Assembly: GCA_029288615.1 (NCBI GenBank)
Contig: JARIGV010000002.1
Coordinates: forward strand, 1-54,899
Direction of reading: 5' to 3'
DNA: 54,899 nt
Source: Candidatus Tayloriibacteriota bacterium
GTDB lineage: Bacteria > Patescibacteriota > Minisyncoccia > Phycocordibacterales > CAIRYW01
The position numbers and the translations under genes were made by a program. The notes under the pieces are model-generated. The model was not told the origin of the DNA and searched no databases. It saw only the letters and a program-made list of their open reading frames with translations. This document shows positions 23,645 through 32,131 of this stretch, one piece after another. Numbering within the stretch: the stretch's first letter is position 1; each line of letters begins with the position of its first letter.

Positions 23645-24055
23645 CTGCTGAAATTACCTAGCTGGTTTCAGTTTTGGACGATACAGCTAGTATTCACACA
23701 AAAAATACCGGTATAGTGTGAATATGGAATCCGGTGCTCCCGAGAGTTAGAATTGGAGGTTGCCTTAGTATCGGGGGCGCGTAAAGGCGACCCATAGAGT
23801 ACGTTGCCGGTCTGAGCAGGATTTCCGTAACTGCTCCAGTTGTCTCAGATTCCAATGGAATTGTGAGAATTCTCTGTCCGACTCCACACTACGATGGATA
23901 GGATTCAAAAACTCTGTATGCGGCAGAGAAATGTACCCGCACATAGTTATGATGAAGGAGCGGAGCTCTACGCGCAAAAATGAGCGGAGTCGGCCTTTGT
24001 CCGACGTGGCAGCCCGACATTCGTTTTCATACGGATGTCGGGCTTTATCTTTTTA
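23645..24055 (+). ncRNA. Candidate large structured ncRNA of about 410 nt, class unknown
   Basis: Bounded by the promoter above and by a plus-strand-specific terminator. No ORF has a start signal. It contains many hairpins, pseudoknot-compatible pairings and internal 8-nt direct repeats. Confidence 0.45.
24011..24055 (+). terminator. Intrinsic terminator, plus-strand oriented
   Basis: AGCCCGACAT..ATGTCGGGCT stem followed by TTTATCTTTTT. There is no A-run on the 5' side, so it is poor as a minus-strand terminator. Confidence 0.65.
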
Positions 24056-24059
24056 TAGA

Positions 24060-25073
24060 CTACCTCTTCGCAATAATAGATTTCTTATACGTATCCAAAT
24101 GTTCGAGAGCAATACCTGTTCCATTCGCAACACAAAAGAGTGGGTTTTCTGCAAGCTGCGCTTTTACACCTGTACGGCGAAGCACAAGCTCTGGTAAATT
24201 TCGAAGAAGCGATGAGCCGCCTGTCATCGTAATGCCTCTGTCGATAATATCCGATGCGAGTTCAGGTGGAGTCTCCTGCAAAACATCTTTAATGGCCTGA
24301 ATCATATCGCGAAGTTCCTTGCCAATGGCGCGGACAATCTCATTTGTTTTTATTTCAACAGAGCGCGGAAGCCCTGAAAGACAATCTCTTCCCTTCACCA
24401 TCATTGAAAGTTCTTCCTCAACAGGCACAGCAGATCCAATATTTATTTTTATATCCTCGGCAGTCTTATCACCGATCATGAGGTTATAATTTTTCTTGAT
24501 GTAATCAATGATCGCATTATCAATTTTATTTCCGGCGCATTTTACAGAAGTCGATGCAACAATTCCTCCAAGCGAAATCACCGCAACGTCTGTTGTACCT
24601 CCTCCAATATCTGTGATCATATGTCCGCGTGGCTCATAAATAGAAATACCCGCACCAATAGCAGCTAGAATTGGCTCTTTCACCACATACGCATTTTTTG
24701 CTCCTGCTTTCACTGCAGCTTCAATCACCGCGCGACGCTCTGTTGAAGTCACTCCTGCAGGCACAGAGATCATCACTTCAGGTTTTACAAATGACCATCG
24801 TCCGAGAGATTTTGAAATATAGTAGCGGAGCATCGCTTCCGTGACACGATAGTCTGCGATCACTCCGTCCTTCATCGGCCGATAAGCAATAATATTATCC
24901 GGAGTCTTTCCCACCATGTCTTTCGCATCATTACCAACAGCAAGAATTTTATTGTCCTGTTCAGACACAGCAACAACTGATGGTTCGTTTAAAACCACCC
25001 CTCGCCCAGGCATAAACACAAGCGTGTTCGCAGTACCTAGATCTATTCCTAGTTTTTTCTGAAAAAATGCCAC
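24060..25073 (-). CDS. Second MreB/Mbl-type actin homolog
   Basis: LGIDLGTANTLVF, DIGGGTTDVAVISLGG and GGSSLLRN motifs. GTG start. Downstream of murA. Confidence 0.9.
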   Translation of the reverse strand: MAFFQKKLGIDLGTANTLVFMPGRGVVLNEPSVVAVSEQDNKILAVGNDAKDMVGKTPDNIIAYRPMKDGVIADYRVTEAMLRYYISKSLGRWSFVKPEVMISVPAGVTSTERRAVIEAAVKAGAKNAYVVKEPILAAIGAGISIYEPRGHMITDIGGGTTDVAVISLGGIVASTSVKCAGNKIDNAIIDYIKKNYNLMIGDKTAEDIKINIGSAVPVEEELSMMVKGRDCLSGLPRSVEIKTNEIVRAIGKELRDMIQAIKDVLQETPPELASDIIDRGITMTGGSSLLRNLPELVLRRTGVKAQLAENPLFCVANGTGIALEHLDTYKKSIIAKR

Positions 25074-25083
25074 AGTATTTTAT

Positions 25084-26379
25084 TTATTGAAGTCTTTCTA
25101 TGCCCGCGCCGATAGAACGAAGCTTTCCTTCGATATTCTCATATCCACGGTCGATATAGTATACATTATGTATAAGAGACTCTCCTTTTGCGACAAGCGC
25201 AGCAATAACAAGCGCCAAACCAGCCCGAATATCTGGTCCATAGAGCTCTTTGCCTTTGAGAATCGCCGGGCCTTTTATCGTCATCGTATGTGCTCCCCAG
25301 AGTTTAATATCAGCACCCATTGATACGAGATCATTCGCATAATTGAGGCGATTTTCGAATATTGTTTCAAAGACTTCTGCATCTCCAGAAGATTGTGTGA
25401 GGAAAATTGATGCAGGTGCCTGAATATCTGTTGGAAATCCTGGGTACTCGTGCGTTTTTATATTAAAACTTTTGAAAGATGAGTTTGGAGCCAAATTTCC
25501 TTTGATATGAAAATAATCCGCTCCGATCTCAATCGGCACTCCCGCACGAACGAGCTCCACAGTGAGAGCATCCAAGTGTTTTGGTTCACATTTTTTAATG
25601 AGCAAATCCTCTGCACAAAGACTTCCCAAGATAAGAAAGCTCCCCGCTTCAATACGATCCGGCATCGTTACATATTTTTTGCCAGAAGTTACAAGCATTC
25701 CAATACCTTCAATTTCAATTGTTGGTGTTCCTGCTCCGGTTATTTTTGCGCCGCAAGAATTAAGATAATTGGCGAGATCCTCGATCTCAGGTTCCATAGC
25801 AACGTTGCGAAGAACAGTCTTTCCTTCTGCAAGCACTCCCGCCATGATGAAAGTTTCTGTTGCTGTTACTGAAGGAAGCTTAAAGAATATTTCTGTGCCC
25901 GAAAGTTTTCCATTCTTTGCAGTGACGATATAATTTTTGCCATCGGTAGAAATTTCTCCTCCCATCTTTTCAAAGCCTTCAATAAACACATCGATAGGTC
26001 GAGCACCAATAACACAACCTCCCGGGTGCGGGAAGGATACTTTTCCAAAACGTGCGAGAAGTGGCCCCGAGAGAATGATTGATGCACGGAATTTTTTCGA
26101 GATCTCGCTTTCAAGAGCTGTGCCAGTAGCCGAAGCTGTATCTATAGAATATTCATGATCGCCAAGTTTTTTTGTTGTCACTCCAAGCTCAGCGAGAAGT
26201 TCGCACATCCTTTTTACATCCTCAATGTCAGGAACATTCTCCAAAACGAATTCATCTGAAAAAAGAAAAGATGCTGCCATAAGTGGAAGCACCGCATTTT
26301 TTGCTCCGCCGATAACGATCTCGCCCTTGAGTTTTTTCTCTCCCGAAAGTCCTTGAATTTTTAGAGTATCTCCGTTCAT
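25084..26379 (-). CDS. murA: UDP-N-acetylglucosamine 1-carboxyvinyltransferase
   Basis: 431 aa with GGAKNAVLP near the N-terminus, the active-site loop PGGCVIGARPID and YIDRGYE near the C-terminus. Confidence 0.95.
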   Translation of the reverse strand: MNGDTLKIQGLSGEKKLKGEIVIGGAKNAVLPLMAASFLFSDEFVLENVPDIEDVKRMCELLAELGVTTKKLGDHEYSIDTASATGTALESEISKKFRASIILSGPLLARFGKVSFPHPGGCVIGARPIDVFIEGFEKMGGEISTDGKNYIVTAKNGKLSGTEIFFKLPSVTATETFIMAGVLAEGKTVLRNVAMEPEIEDLANYLNSCGAKITGAGTPTIEIEGIGMLVTSGKKYVTMPDRIEAGSFLILGSLCAEDLLIKKCEPKHLDALTVELVRAGVPIEIGADYFHIKGNLAPNSSFKSFNIKTHEYPGFPTDIQAPASIFLTQSSGDAEVFETIFENRLNYANDLVSMGADIKLWGAHTMTIKGPAILKGKELYGPDIRAGLALVIAALVAKGESLIHNVYYIDRGYENIEGKLRSIGAGIERLQ

Positions 26380-26516
26380 GTAGGAGTATGTTACGGCTTT
26401 TTACGTACGATGACAAATCAAAAAACTGTCGTTGACACTTGCACATTAAAATGCCAGATTTGTCTCGGTCAACAGCAAGTACCTTTTAAACCTTGCTAGC
26501 TCCACATATACACAAA

Positions 26517-27290
26517 ATGAAAGTCGTTAATATCCCCTTCAAGGGAAAGTACAAGGTCAGCGAAACCGGAGTAAACAGTCGCGACGCTCGCTTCCTGAGC
26601 GATCTTCGTACCTGGCAACTGCCTCCGATTGATTCTGTCATCGAGATCAACGATCAGATCTGTATCGTCGTGCCACAAGCGAGCACCGCTTTTGGTGAGC
26701 TCACTGGAATCCTACTTGAAGATCGTCAATCCGCCCGCGGCAAACATACGTACGGAGCGATCATAAGTAACGATCTCGTCGTTGCTGCAGCCGAAGGCCG
26801 CTTTGAGCAAGCGATCGTCCCGCCGGTCATCGCAGCGGCAGAAAATCTCTGGGGAAAAAAGGCAGAGAAAGTGGGATACATGTTTAGCGTGCCGATCCGC
26901 GACGCTGAATGGAAAGACATGTTTGACAATTGGCATCAGAGTGAAAACAAATCCCCATTCTTCAATTGCCATCGGCTTTCTGAGAAACTCAATCACCTAC
27001 GAGTGTTTCCTGATTGCGAGAAGCTCGAGCAAATTGTCGTTCGCGAGACCGAAAGTGTTCTCGAGCATCAAATCTGGGGGCCTGGATATCACTTGAAAGC
27101 CCGACTCAACGTCGGTGCACTCGGTGAGATCAACTCAGATATGCAAAAAGGTCCAATCGTCATCGCGAGCGGAATCCTGACAGCATCTCTTGGCAACACT
27201 AACATTCGCACCAAATCGCTCGATATACGACCAAACATCATTTCCTTGATGAATGGGCTCATCGAACCGATCAAGGTGATCGATAAATAA
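26517..27290 (+). CDS. Hypothetical protein, G+C-rich
   Basis: ORF 26493..27290, with ATG at 26517 (MKVVNIPF..). The terminator TGGCGC-agac-GCGCCA plus T6 at 27303..27326 follows. No family recognised. Confidence 0.55.
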   Translation: MKVVNIPFKGKYKVSETGVNSRDARFLSDLRTWQLPPIDSVIEINDQICIVVPQASTAFGELTGILLEDRQSARGKHTYGAIISNDLVVAAAEGRFEQAIVPPVIAAAENLWGKKAEKVGYMFSVPIRDAEWKDMFDNWHQSENKSPFFNCHRLSEKLNHLRVFPDCEKLEQIVVRETESVLEHQIWGPGYHLKARLNVGALGEINSDMQKGPIVIASGILTASLGNTNIRTKSLDIRPNIISLMNGLIEPIKVIDK

Positions 27291-27366
27291 GCAAGGTACT
27301 TATGGCGCAGACGCGCCAATTTTTTATACAATTTTTCATATCTGTTTTTTCCGTTACAATGAACCC

Positions 27367-29280
27367 ATGTTCATCATTACAGTACTCCCCATAGCTCGTG
27401 GACTCGGCAAGGAGAATTTGAGCTATTTCAGCAAGGAAGAAATTGCCGCAGGGGCGATTGTGTCTGTACCTGTGCGCAAAAAAACAATTTCTGGAATCGT
27501 CCTCTCATGCGAAAAAGCAGAAAACCTCAAAGCAGAGCTCAAGAGCCTTCCATTTATCGTTAAGAAAATTGAGGTCTCACGTGGCGAAAACTTTTTCAAA
27601 GAATATTTTATGAAAGCAGCTGCGGATGCAGCAGAGTATTTTGCTACTACTACAGGTTCTATCCTCGCTTCTCTTGTCCCAAAAACTTTTTTTGAAAAGA
27701 GTGAAGCGTTTTCTGAATCTATAAAAGACGCTCCGAAGAAAATAGAGACAATGCGAACTTTTGAAGAGCTCGCAATACAAAACGAAAAACTTGATCGTTT
27801 TGATACATACAAAAGTATCATTCGAGAATCTCTTGCCAAAAAAGAATCAATTTTCGTCTGTCTCCCTACAGAAGAGGCTGCAGTAAATCTTCTTGAAAAG
27901 CTTCATAAAGGTATCGAAGAATATACACATCTTTTTACAAATGGTCTCTCAGATAAAAAAATGAGAGAAGCTGCCGAAAAAATACAAAACGCACACCATG
28001 CTCTACTTGTTGTGGGTACTGTCGCCTATCTTCCTTTCATTCGCGAAGATACAAAGACTATCATTATCGAAGAAGAATCGTCGCGCTACTACAAGATACG
28101 ACAGAGACCTTATCTTGATATGCGTGATGTAATCCGTTTTTTTGCTAAAGCTTTCAAAGCAAAGCTTATATACGCAGACGATCTTCTTCGTGTCGAAACA
28201 TATCATCGTGTACAGGAAGGCCTTGTGTCTGAATATTCACGTATCATGAAAAAAAGAAAAAAGACTGTGGCGACACTTATTGTCGATATGAAAAAAGAAG
28301 AATCGGAAGAGAAGAAATTCCAAGTACTTTCTGATGAACTTTCTGAAATGATTCGCTATGCACTTACTCACAAAAAAAGCATGTTTGTGTTTGCGGCGCG
28401 TCGCGGACTTTCTTCTCAAACAGTCTGTCGTGACTGCGGTGAAACAGTACTCTGCGAAAATTGCAGTGCACCTGTCACACTCCACAAACAAAAAGACAAA
28501 GGAAACGAACAGAATAATTTCATCTGCCATCACTGTGGGACGCTCCGAAGCGCACACGAGACATGCACACACTGCGGTAGCTGGCGCCTAGAAGCGTTTG
28601 GTATTGGTATTGAAAAAATAGTTGAGGAAATCGAAAATCTTTCAGAAAAATCAAACAAAGATATCAGAAGACTTGATGCAGATACATGCCCTACTCCAAA
28701 AGAAGCAAAGAAAGTTGCCGAGGAATTTAGAGACAAAGGAGGAATTCTTATCGGCACCGAAATGGCACTTCAGTACCTTGAGGAAGAATCGACAGATTAT
28801 TCTTCAATTGCTGCATTTGATAGCCTTTTCTCTCTTCCCGACTTTCGCATCGAAGAGCGTATCATGCACATCATTCTTTCTGTCAAAGCGATTGCTCGAG
28901 ACAACTTTCTTATCCAGGGACGTAATGTAAAAAATCCTGTTGTTGAATTTGGCACATCAGGAGACCTTTCAAATTTTGCAAAAAATGATCTCGCCCAAAG
29001 AAAAAGTTTTGATTATCCGCCATTCCAAACCCTTATCAAGCTCACCATCATGGGAGACAAAGACAAAGCATGGCGCGAAGCTGAGAATTTAAGCGAGCTT
29101 CTCGAGGAGCATAATCCTTCGATCTTCCCTGCTTTCATAAAGACAGTGAAAGGAAAAAGTTTGGTGCATATGCTTATAAAACTCGATCCAAAGAAATGGC
29201 CCGACAAAGACCTGAGGCATATCCTTTTGTCACTTCCACCATCTGTTGCGGTGCGTGTCGATCCTGAAAGTTTGCTTTAG
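27367..29280 (+). CDS. priA: Primosomal protein N' (PriA) homolog with degenerate helicase motifs
   Basis: PriA-type N-terminal DNA-binding region and a Cys-rich zinc module (CRDCG..CENCS...CHHCG...CTHCGS). It is collinear with the PriA helicase core, but Walker A, DExH and SAT are not conserved. Confidence 0.8.
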   Translation: MFIITVLPIARGLGKENLSYFSKEEIAAGAIVSVPVRKKTISGIVLSCEKAENLKAELKSLPFIVKKIEVSRGENFFKEYFMKAAADAAEYFATTTGSILASLVPKTFFEKSEAFSESIKDAPKKIETMRTFEELAIQNEKLDRFDTYKSIIRESLAKKESIFVCLPTEEAAVNLLEKLHKGIEEYTHLFTNGLSDKKMREAAEKIQNAHHALLVVGTVAYLPFIREDTKTIIIEEESSRYYKIRQRPYLDMRDVIRFFAKAFKAKLIYADDLLRVETYHRVQEGLVSEYSRIMKKRKKTVATLIVDMKKEESEEKKFQVLSDELSEMIRYALTHKKSMFVFAARRGLSSQTVCRDCGETVLCENCSAPVTLHKQKDKGNEQNNFICHHCGTLRSAHETCTHCGSWRLEAFGIGIEKIVEEIENLSEKSNKDIRRLDADTCPTPKEAKKVAEEFRDKGGILIGTEMALQYLEEESTDYSSIAAFDSLFSLPDFRIEERIMHIILSVKAIARDNFLIQGRNVKNPVVEFGTSGDLSNFAKNDLAQRKSFDYPPFQTLIKLTIMGDKDKAWREAENLSELLEEHNPSIFPAFIKTVKGKSLVHMLIKLDPKKWPDKDLRHILLSLPPSVAVRVDPESLL

Positions 29281-29309
29281 AAAAAATCTTCAAGTATCGT
29301 TAAGAAACG

Positions 29310-29843
29310 ATGGCAAAACACAACATTTCGATAGTCCAAAAAGAAAACCCTGTGCTCCGGCAAGTAGCTAAAATCGTGCCTGTGCACGAAATCGAAAGCA
29401 AGAAAATCCAAAAAATTCTTGCCGACATGAAGATCGCACTCGACTCACAGAAAGACGGCGTTGCAATTGCTGCACCACAAATTGGCGAAAGCCTTCGCAT
29501 TTTCCTCGTTTCAGGGAAAGTTTTTGATATGCAAGATGGAATTTATGACGAGAACGGAAAGCCAACAAACAAAGATCTTGTCTGCATCAATCCAGTCATA
29601 AGCAAACTCTCTCGCGAGAAAAAAGAAATGGAAGAAGGATGTCTTTCAGTACGATATCTGTACGGAAAAACAGTGCGTTCTACAAAAGCAACAATTACTG
29701 CATATGATGAGAATGGTAAAAAATATACACGTGGCGGATCAGGACTTCTCGCGCAAGTATTTCAACACGAAACAGACCATCTCGACGGAATCCTCTTCAT
29801 CGACAAAGCAAAAGACGTCGTCGATATGCCACCAGAAGAATAA
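29310..29843 (+). CDS. def: Peptide deformylase
   Basis: Motifs GVAIAAPQIG, EGCLSV and HETDHLDG. Confidence 0.95.
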   Translation: MAKHNISIVQKENPVLRQVAKIVPVHEIESKKIQKILADMKIALDSQKDGVAIAAPQIGESLRIFLVSGKVFDMQDGIYDENGKPTNKDLVCINPVISKLSREKKEMEEGCLSVRYLYGKTVRSTKATITAYDENGKKYTRGGSGLLAQVFQHETDHLDGILFIDKAKDVVDMPPEE

Positions 29844-29852
29844 TTTTAAGCA

Positions 29853-30710
29853 ATGAATTCTCCTAAAATTAAAATAGCATTTTTTGGCACACCAGGACTC
29901 ACAATTCCAATTCTTGAGGAAATGAAATCTGAAGGTTTTTTGCCATCTCTTTTAGTCACCATGCCCGACGCACCGCAAGGAAGAAAAATGGTGGTGACTC
30001 CCCCGCCTGCAAAAACGTGGGCGGAAGAAAACAACATTCCTGTTCTCCAGCCGGAAAAGCTTGATGACAGTTTCTTTAGTGAATATGAAAAATACAGCAT
30101 TGAAATGAATGTTGTTGTTGCCTATGGAAAAATCATGCTAGAGAGACTTATTAATTTTCCAAAATACGGCACACTCAATGTTCACTATTCCCTTCTTCCA
30201 AAATACAGAGGAGCAACGCCGGTAGAATCTGCAATACTTAATGGAGATAAAGAGACAGGGGTTTGTGTACAGCGAATGAAATACGAGCTTGATACAGGAG
30301 ATGTAGTTTTAATGGAAAAAGTAGAGATCGGAAACGATGAGACAGCGCCAAATCTCCGTACTCGACTTAATGAAATCGGCAAAAAGACTCTAATCGAGGC
30401 AATTAAAAAAATCATTGATAGTACCGCCACATACACAGAGCAAAATGAAGCAGATGCGACACATTGCAAGAAAATAAAAAAAGAGGACGGAGAAATACAA
30501 GAGACAGAAAGTGATGAAATCAAATACAGGAAATTTAAAGCTTATTTTGGTTGGCCGGGCATATTTTTCTTTGCAGAAAATAAAGAAAGAAAGATCCGCG
30601 TTAAAATCACTGACGCAGAATTTTCTGACGGAAAATTCGTCATCAAAAAAGTAATTCCTGAAGGAAAGAAAGAAATGCAATTTCAATCCTTTCTAAACGG
30701 ATTGAAATAA
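29853..30710 (+). CDS. fmt: Methionyl-tRNA formyltransferase
   Basis: KIAFFGTP and NVHYSLLPKYRGATPVESAILNGDKETG motifs. Located downstream of def. Confidence 0.9.
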   Translation: MNSPKIKIAFFGTPGLTIPILEEMKSEGFLPSLLVTMPDAPQGRKMVVTPPPAKTWAEENNIPVLQPEKLDDSFFSEYEKYSIEMNVVVAYGKIMLERLINFPKYGTLNVHYSLLPKYRGATPVESAILNGDKETGVCVQRMKYELDTGDVVLMEKVEIGNDETAPNLRTRLNEIGKKTLIEAIKKIIDSTATYTEQNEADATHCKKIKKEDGEIQETESDEIKYRKFKAYFGWPGIFFFAENKERKIRVKITDAEFSDGKFVIKKVIPEGKKEMQFQSFLNGLK

Positions 30711-30747
30711 ATTGATAGCTGATTCTTTCCTCAAAGGCCTCAAATAA

Positions 30748-31269
30748 TTACTCAGTGAAAGCAATTACCTCTTCTACTTCAATGGGAGCCAAAAGCTCTT
30801 TTTGATGTGGGCCGTAGTGAGTGTGTACCACAACCTTTTTTCCTTCGAGCGCTTTTGGAAGCCAGAGCCTGTCCGCTTCCATCATGTCATCGTATGGAAT
30901 TTCATCAAATGCGAACCATTGTAGATCTGACATTGCACCATCTTCTGTTTCTCTTGGCTCGCCTTCCCATTCATGCAGCAGATATGTGTGCACAACAATT
31001 TCCCAATCGACAGCATCGGATGTCGTATTTTTAAATCGCAGTTCCGCTACTTTTATAAGATCTTTTTCGTTCGCTTTTACTCCCGCTTCTTCAAAAAGCT
31101 CGCGCACTGCGGAGCCAAGCATAGTTTCACCTTCTTCAGGTTTGCCGCCGTAGCCATTTCGTCTACCCTTTCCGATTTTCCTTGTCTTTTTAGGAAGAAG
31201 AACCTTACCATCTTTTACAAGATAAATGAGATTTGCTTCTTTTGGTGTTGGTTCATCAGCTGTTGGCAT
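30748..31269 (-). CDS. NUDIX hydrolase
   Basis: Nudix box GGKPEEGETMLGSAVRELFEEAGV. Confidence 0.85.
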   Translation of the reverse strand: MPTADEPTPKEANLIYLVKDGKVLLPKKTRKIGKGRRNGYGGKPEEGETMLGSAVRELFEEAGVKANEKDLIKVAELRFKNTTSDAVDWEIVVHTYLLHEWEGEPRETEDGAMSDLQWFAFDEIPYDDMMEADRLWLPKALEGKKVVVHTHYGPHQKELLAPIEVEEVIAFTE

Positions 31270-31273
31270 TTTT

Positions 31274-31645
31274 TTAGCTTCGTGGATAAATTCTTCGGAT
31301 CATATTCTTAATTTTTTGATGACCTTTCTTAAGTAGAGTCATCGTCTTTTTCTTTGAACGATTTACCTCTTGTACAATCTCATCTCGCATTTCATCGATT
31401 GCAGCATATAGATCAGTAGTTTCTGAGACTGCATGAAAATTTTTATCACCCACTCTTAGATTTATTTCCGCACGAAATACATCTCCCTTGTGATGATGAT
31501 GTGTTGTGCGTCCGACATCGATACGCGCAAGCGCTTCGATCTCATCATCGATGAGTTTGTCGACTGCACTGAGTCTCTTATCAAGATACTCAGTTATTGA
31601 AGGAGTAAGCTCTAGATTCGTCGCCTTAATGTTTTGCTTCAACAT
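31274..31645 (-). CDS. hpf: Ribosome hibernation promoting factor (short HPF/RaiA family)
   Basis: N-terminus I.ATNLELTPSITEYLDKRL and the overall S30AE pattern. 123 aa. Confidence 0.85.
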   Translation of the reverse strand: MLKQNIKATNLELTPSITEYLDKRLSAVDKLIDDEIEALARIDVGRTTHHHHKGDVFRAEINLRVGDKNFHAVSETTDLYAAIDEMRDEIVQEVNRSKKKTMTLLKKGHQKIKNMIRRIYPRS

Positions 31646-31752
31646 TATTTTTGAATTAGGCTTTTAATACTTATAGTATAGCAAACAACGTGCATGTGTA
31701 TTATATCCGACGTCTGCTTGACCTCTTTTTGACAAGGAGTAGCATTAAAGTA

Positions 31753-32097
31753 ATGAAAACGTTCTCTACATCCACAGTTGCAGCGCTATTTTTACTGGCG
31801 ATGCCAAACATGAGCCAAAGCAGCATGGAAACCGATAACGATGATGTCTACATCATCGTAAAAAACGACGGTGACCATACGGTTGGCACAGCAATTGACG
31901 GAAATCTCGCCAAAACCATTGAACCGCACAAACAGCGGATCATCAAAATCGCACGTCAGGTTCATCTGTGCAAACAAGTGCCGTTTATTATCAATGTGGC
32001 AAGCATGCCATCTGATGACGGCGTGATTGCGATCCCGAATATGCCAAGCTCCGCATTTTCTGAGCCAAGCAATTTCTCGATCAGCATGCACTACTAA
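31753..32097 (+). CDS. Hypothetical secreted protein, G+C-rich
   Basis: ORF 31690..32097, with ATG at 31753 giving the signal peptide MKTFSTSTVAALFLLAMPNMSQS. The terminator GCCAGCA..TGCTGGC at 32099..32126 follows. Confidence 0.5.
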   Translation: MKTFSTSTVAALFLLAMPNMSQSSMETDNDDVYIIVKNDGDHTVGTAIDGNLAKTIEPHKQRIIKIARQVHLCKQVPFIINVASMPSDDGVIAIPNMPSSAFSEPSNFSISMHY

Positions 32098-32131
32098 TGC
32101 CAGCACTCGCTGCTGGCAATTTTATTTCTCT

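Noticed and set aside
23645-24055. tmRNA, including a circularly permuted two-piece form, as the identity of the 410-nt RNA.
   Set aside because: I found GGGGGCG at 23773 and a perfect 7-bp CGACUCC/GGAGUCG pairing that could mimic a permuted acceptor stem. However, there is no G3:U70 pair, no T-arm (GGxxxUUCGAAUCC-like) adjacent to it, no CCA-compatible end, and no tag reading frame ending in a hydrophobic Ala-rich tail.
23765-24300. Track ORFs 23765..23977(-), 23931..24197(+) and 23980..24300(+) inside or next to the candidate ncRNA.
   Set aside because: The plus-strand ORFs run straight through the intrinsic terminator and into the antisense of mreB. The minus-strand ORF has no promoter or RBS and a junk-like sequence. 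None explains the promoter/terminator pair.
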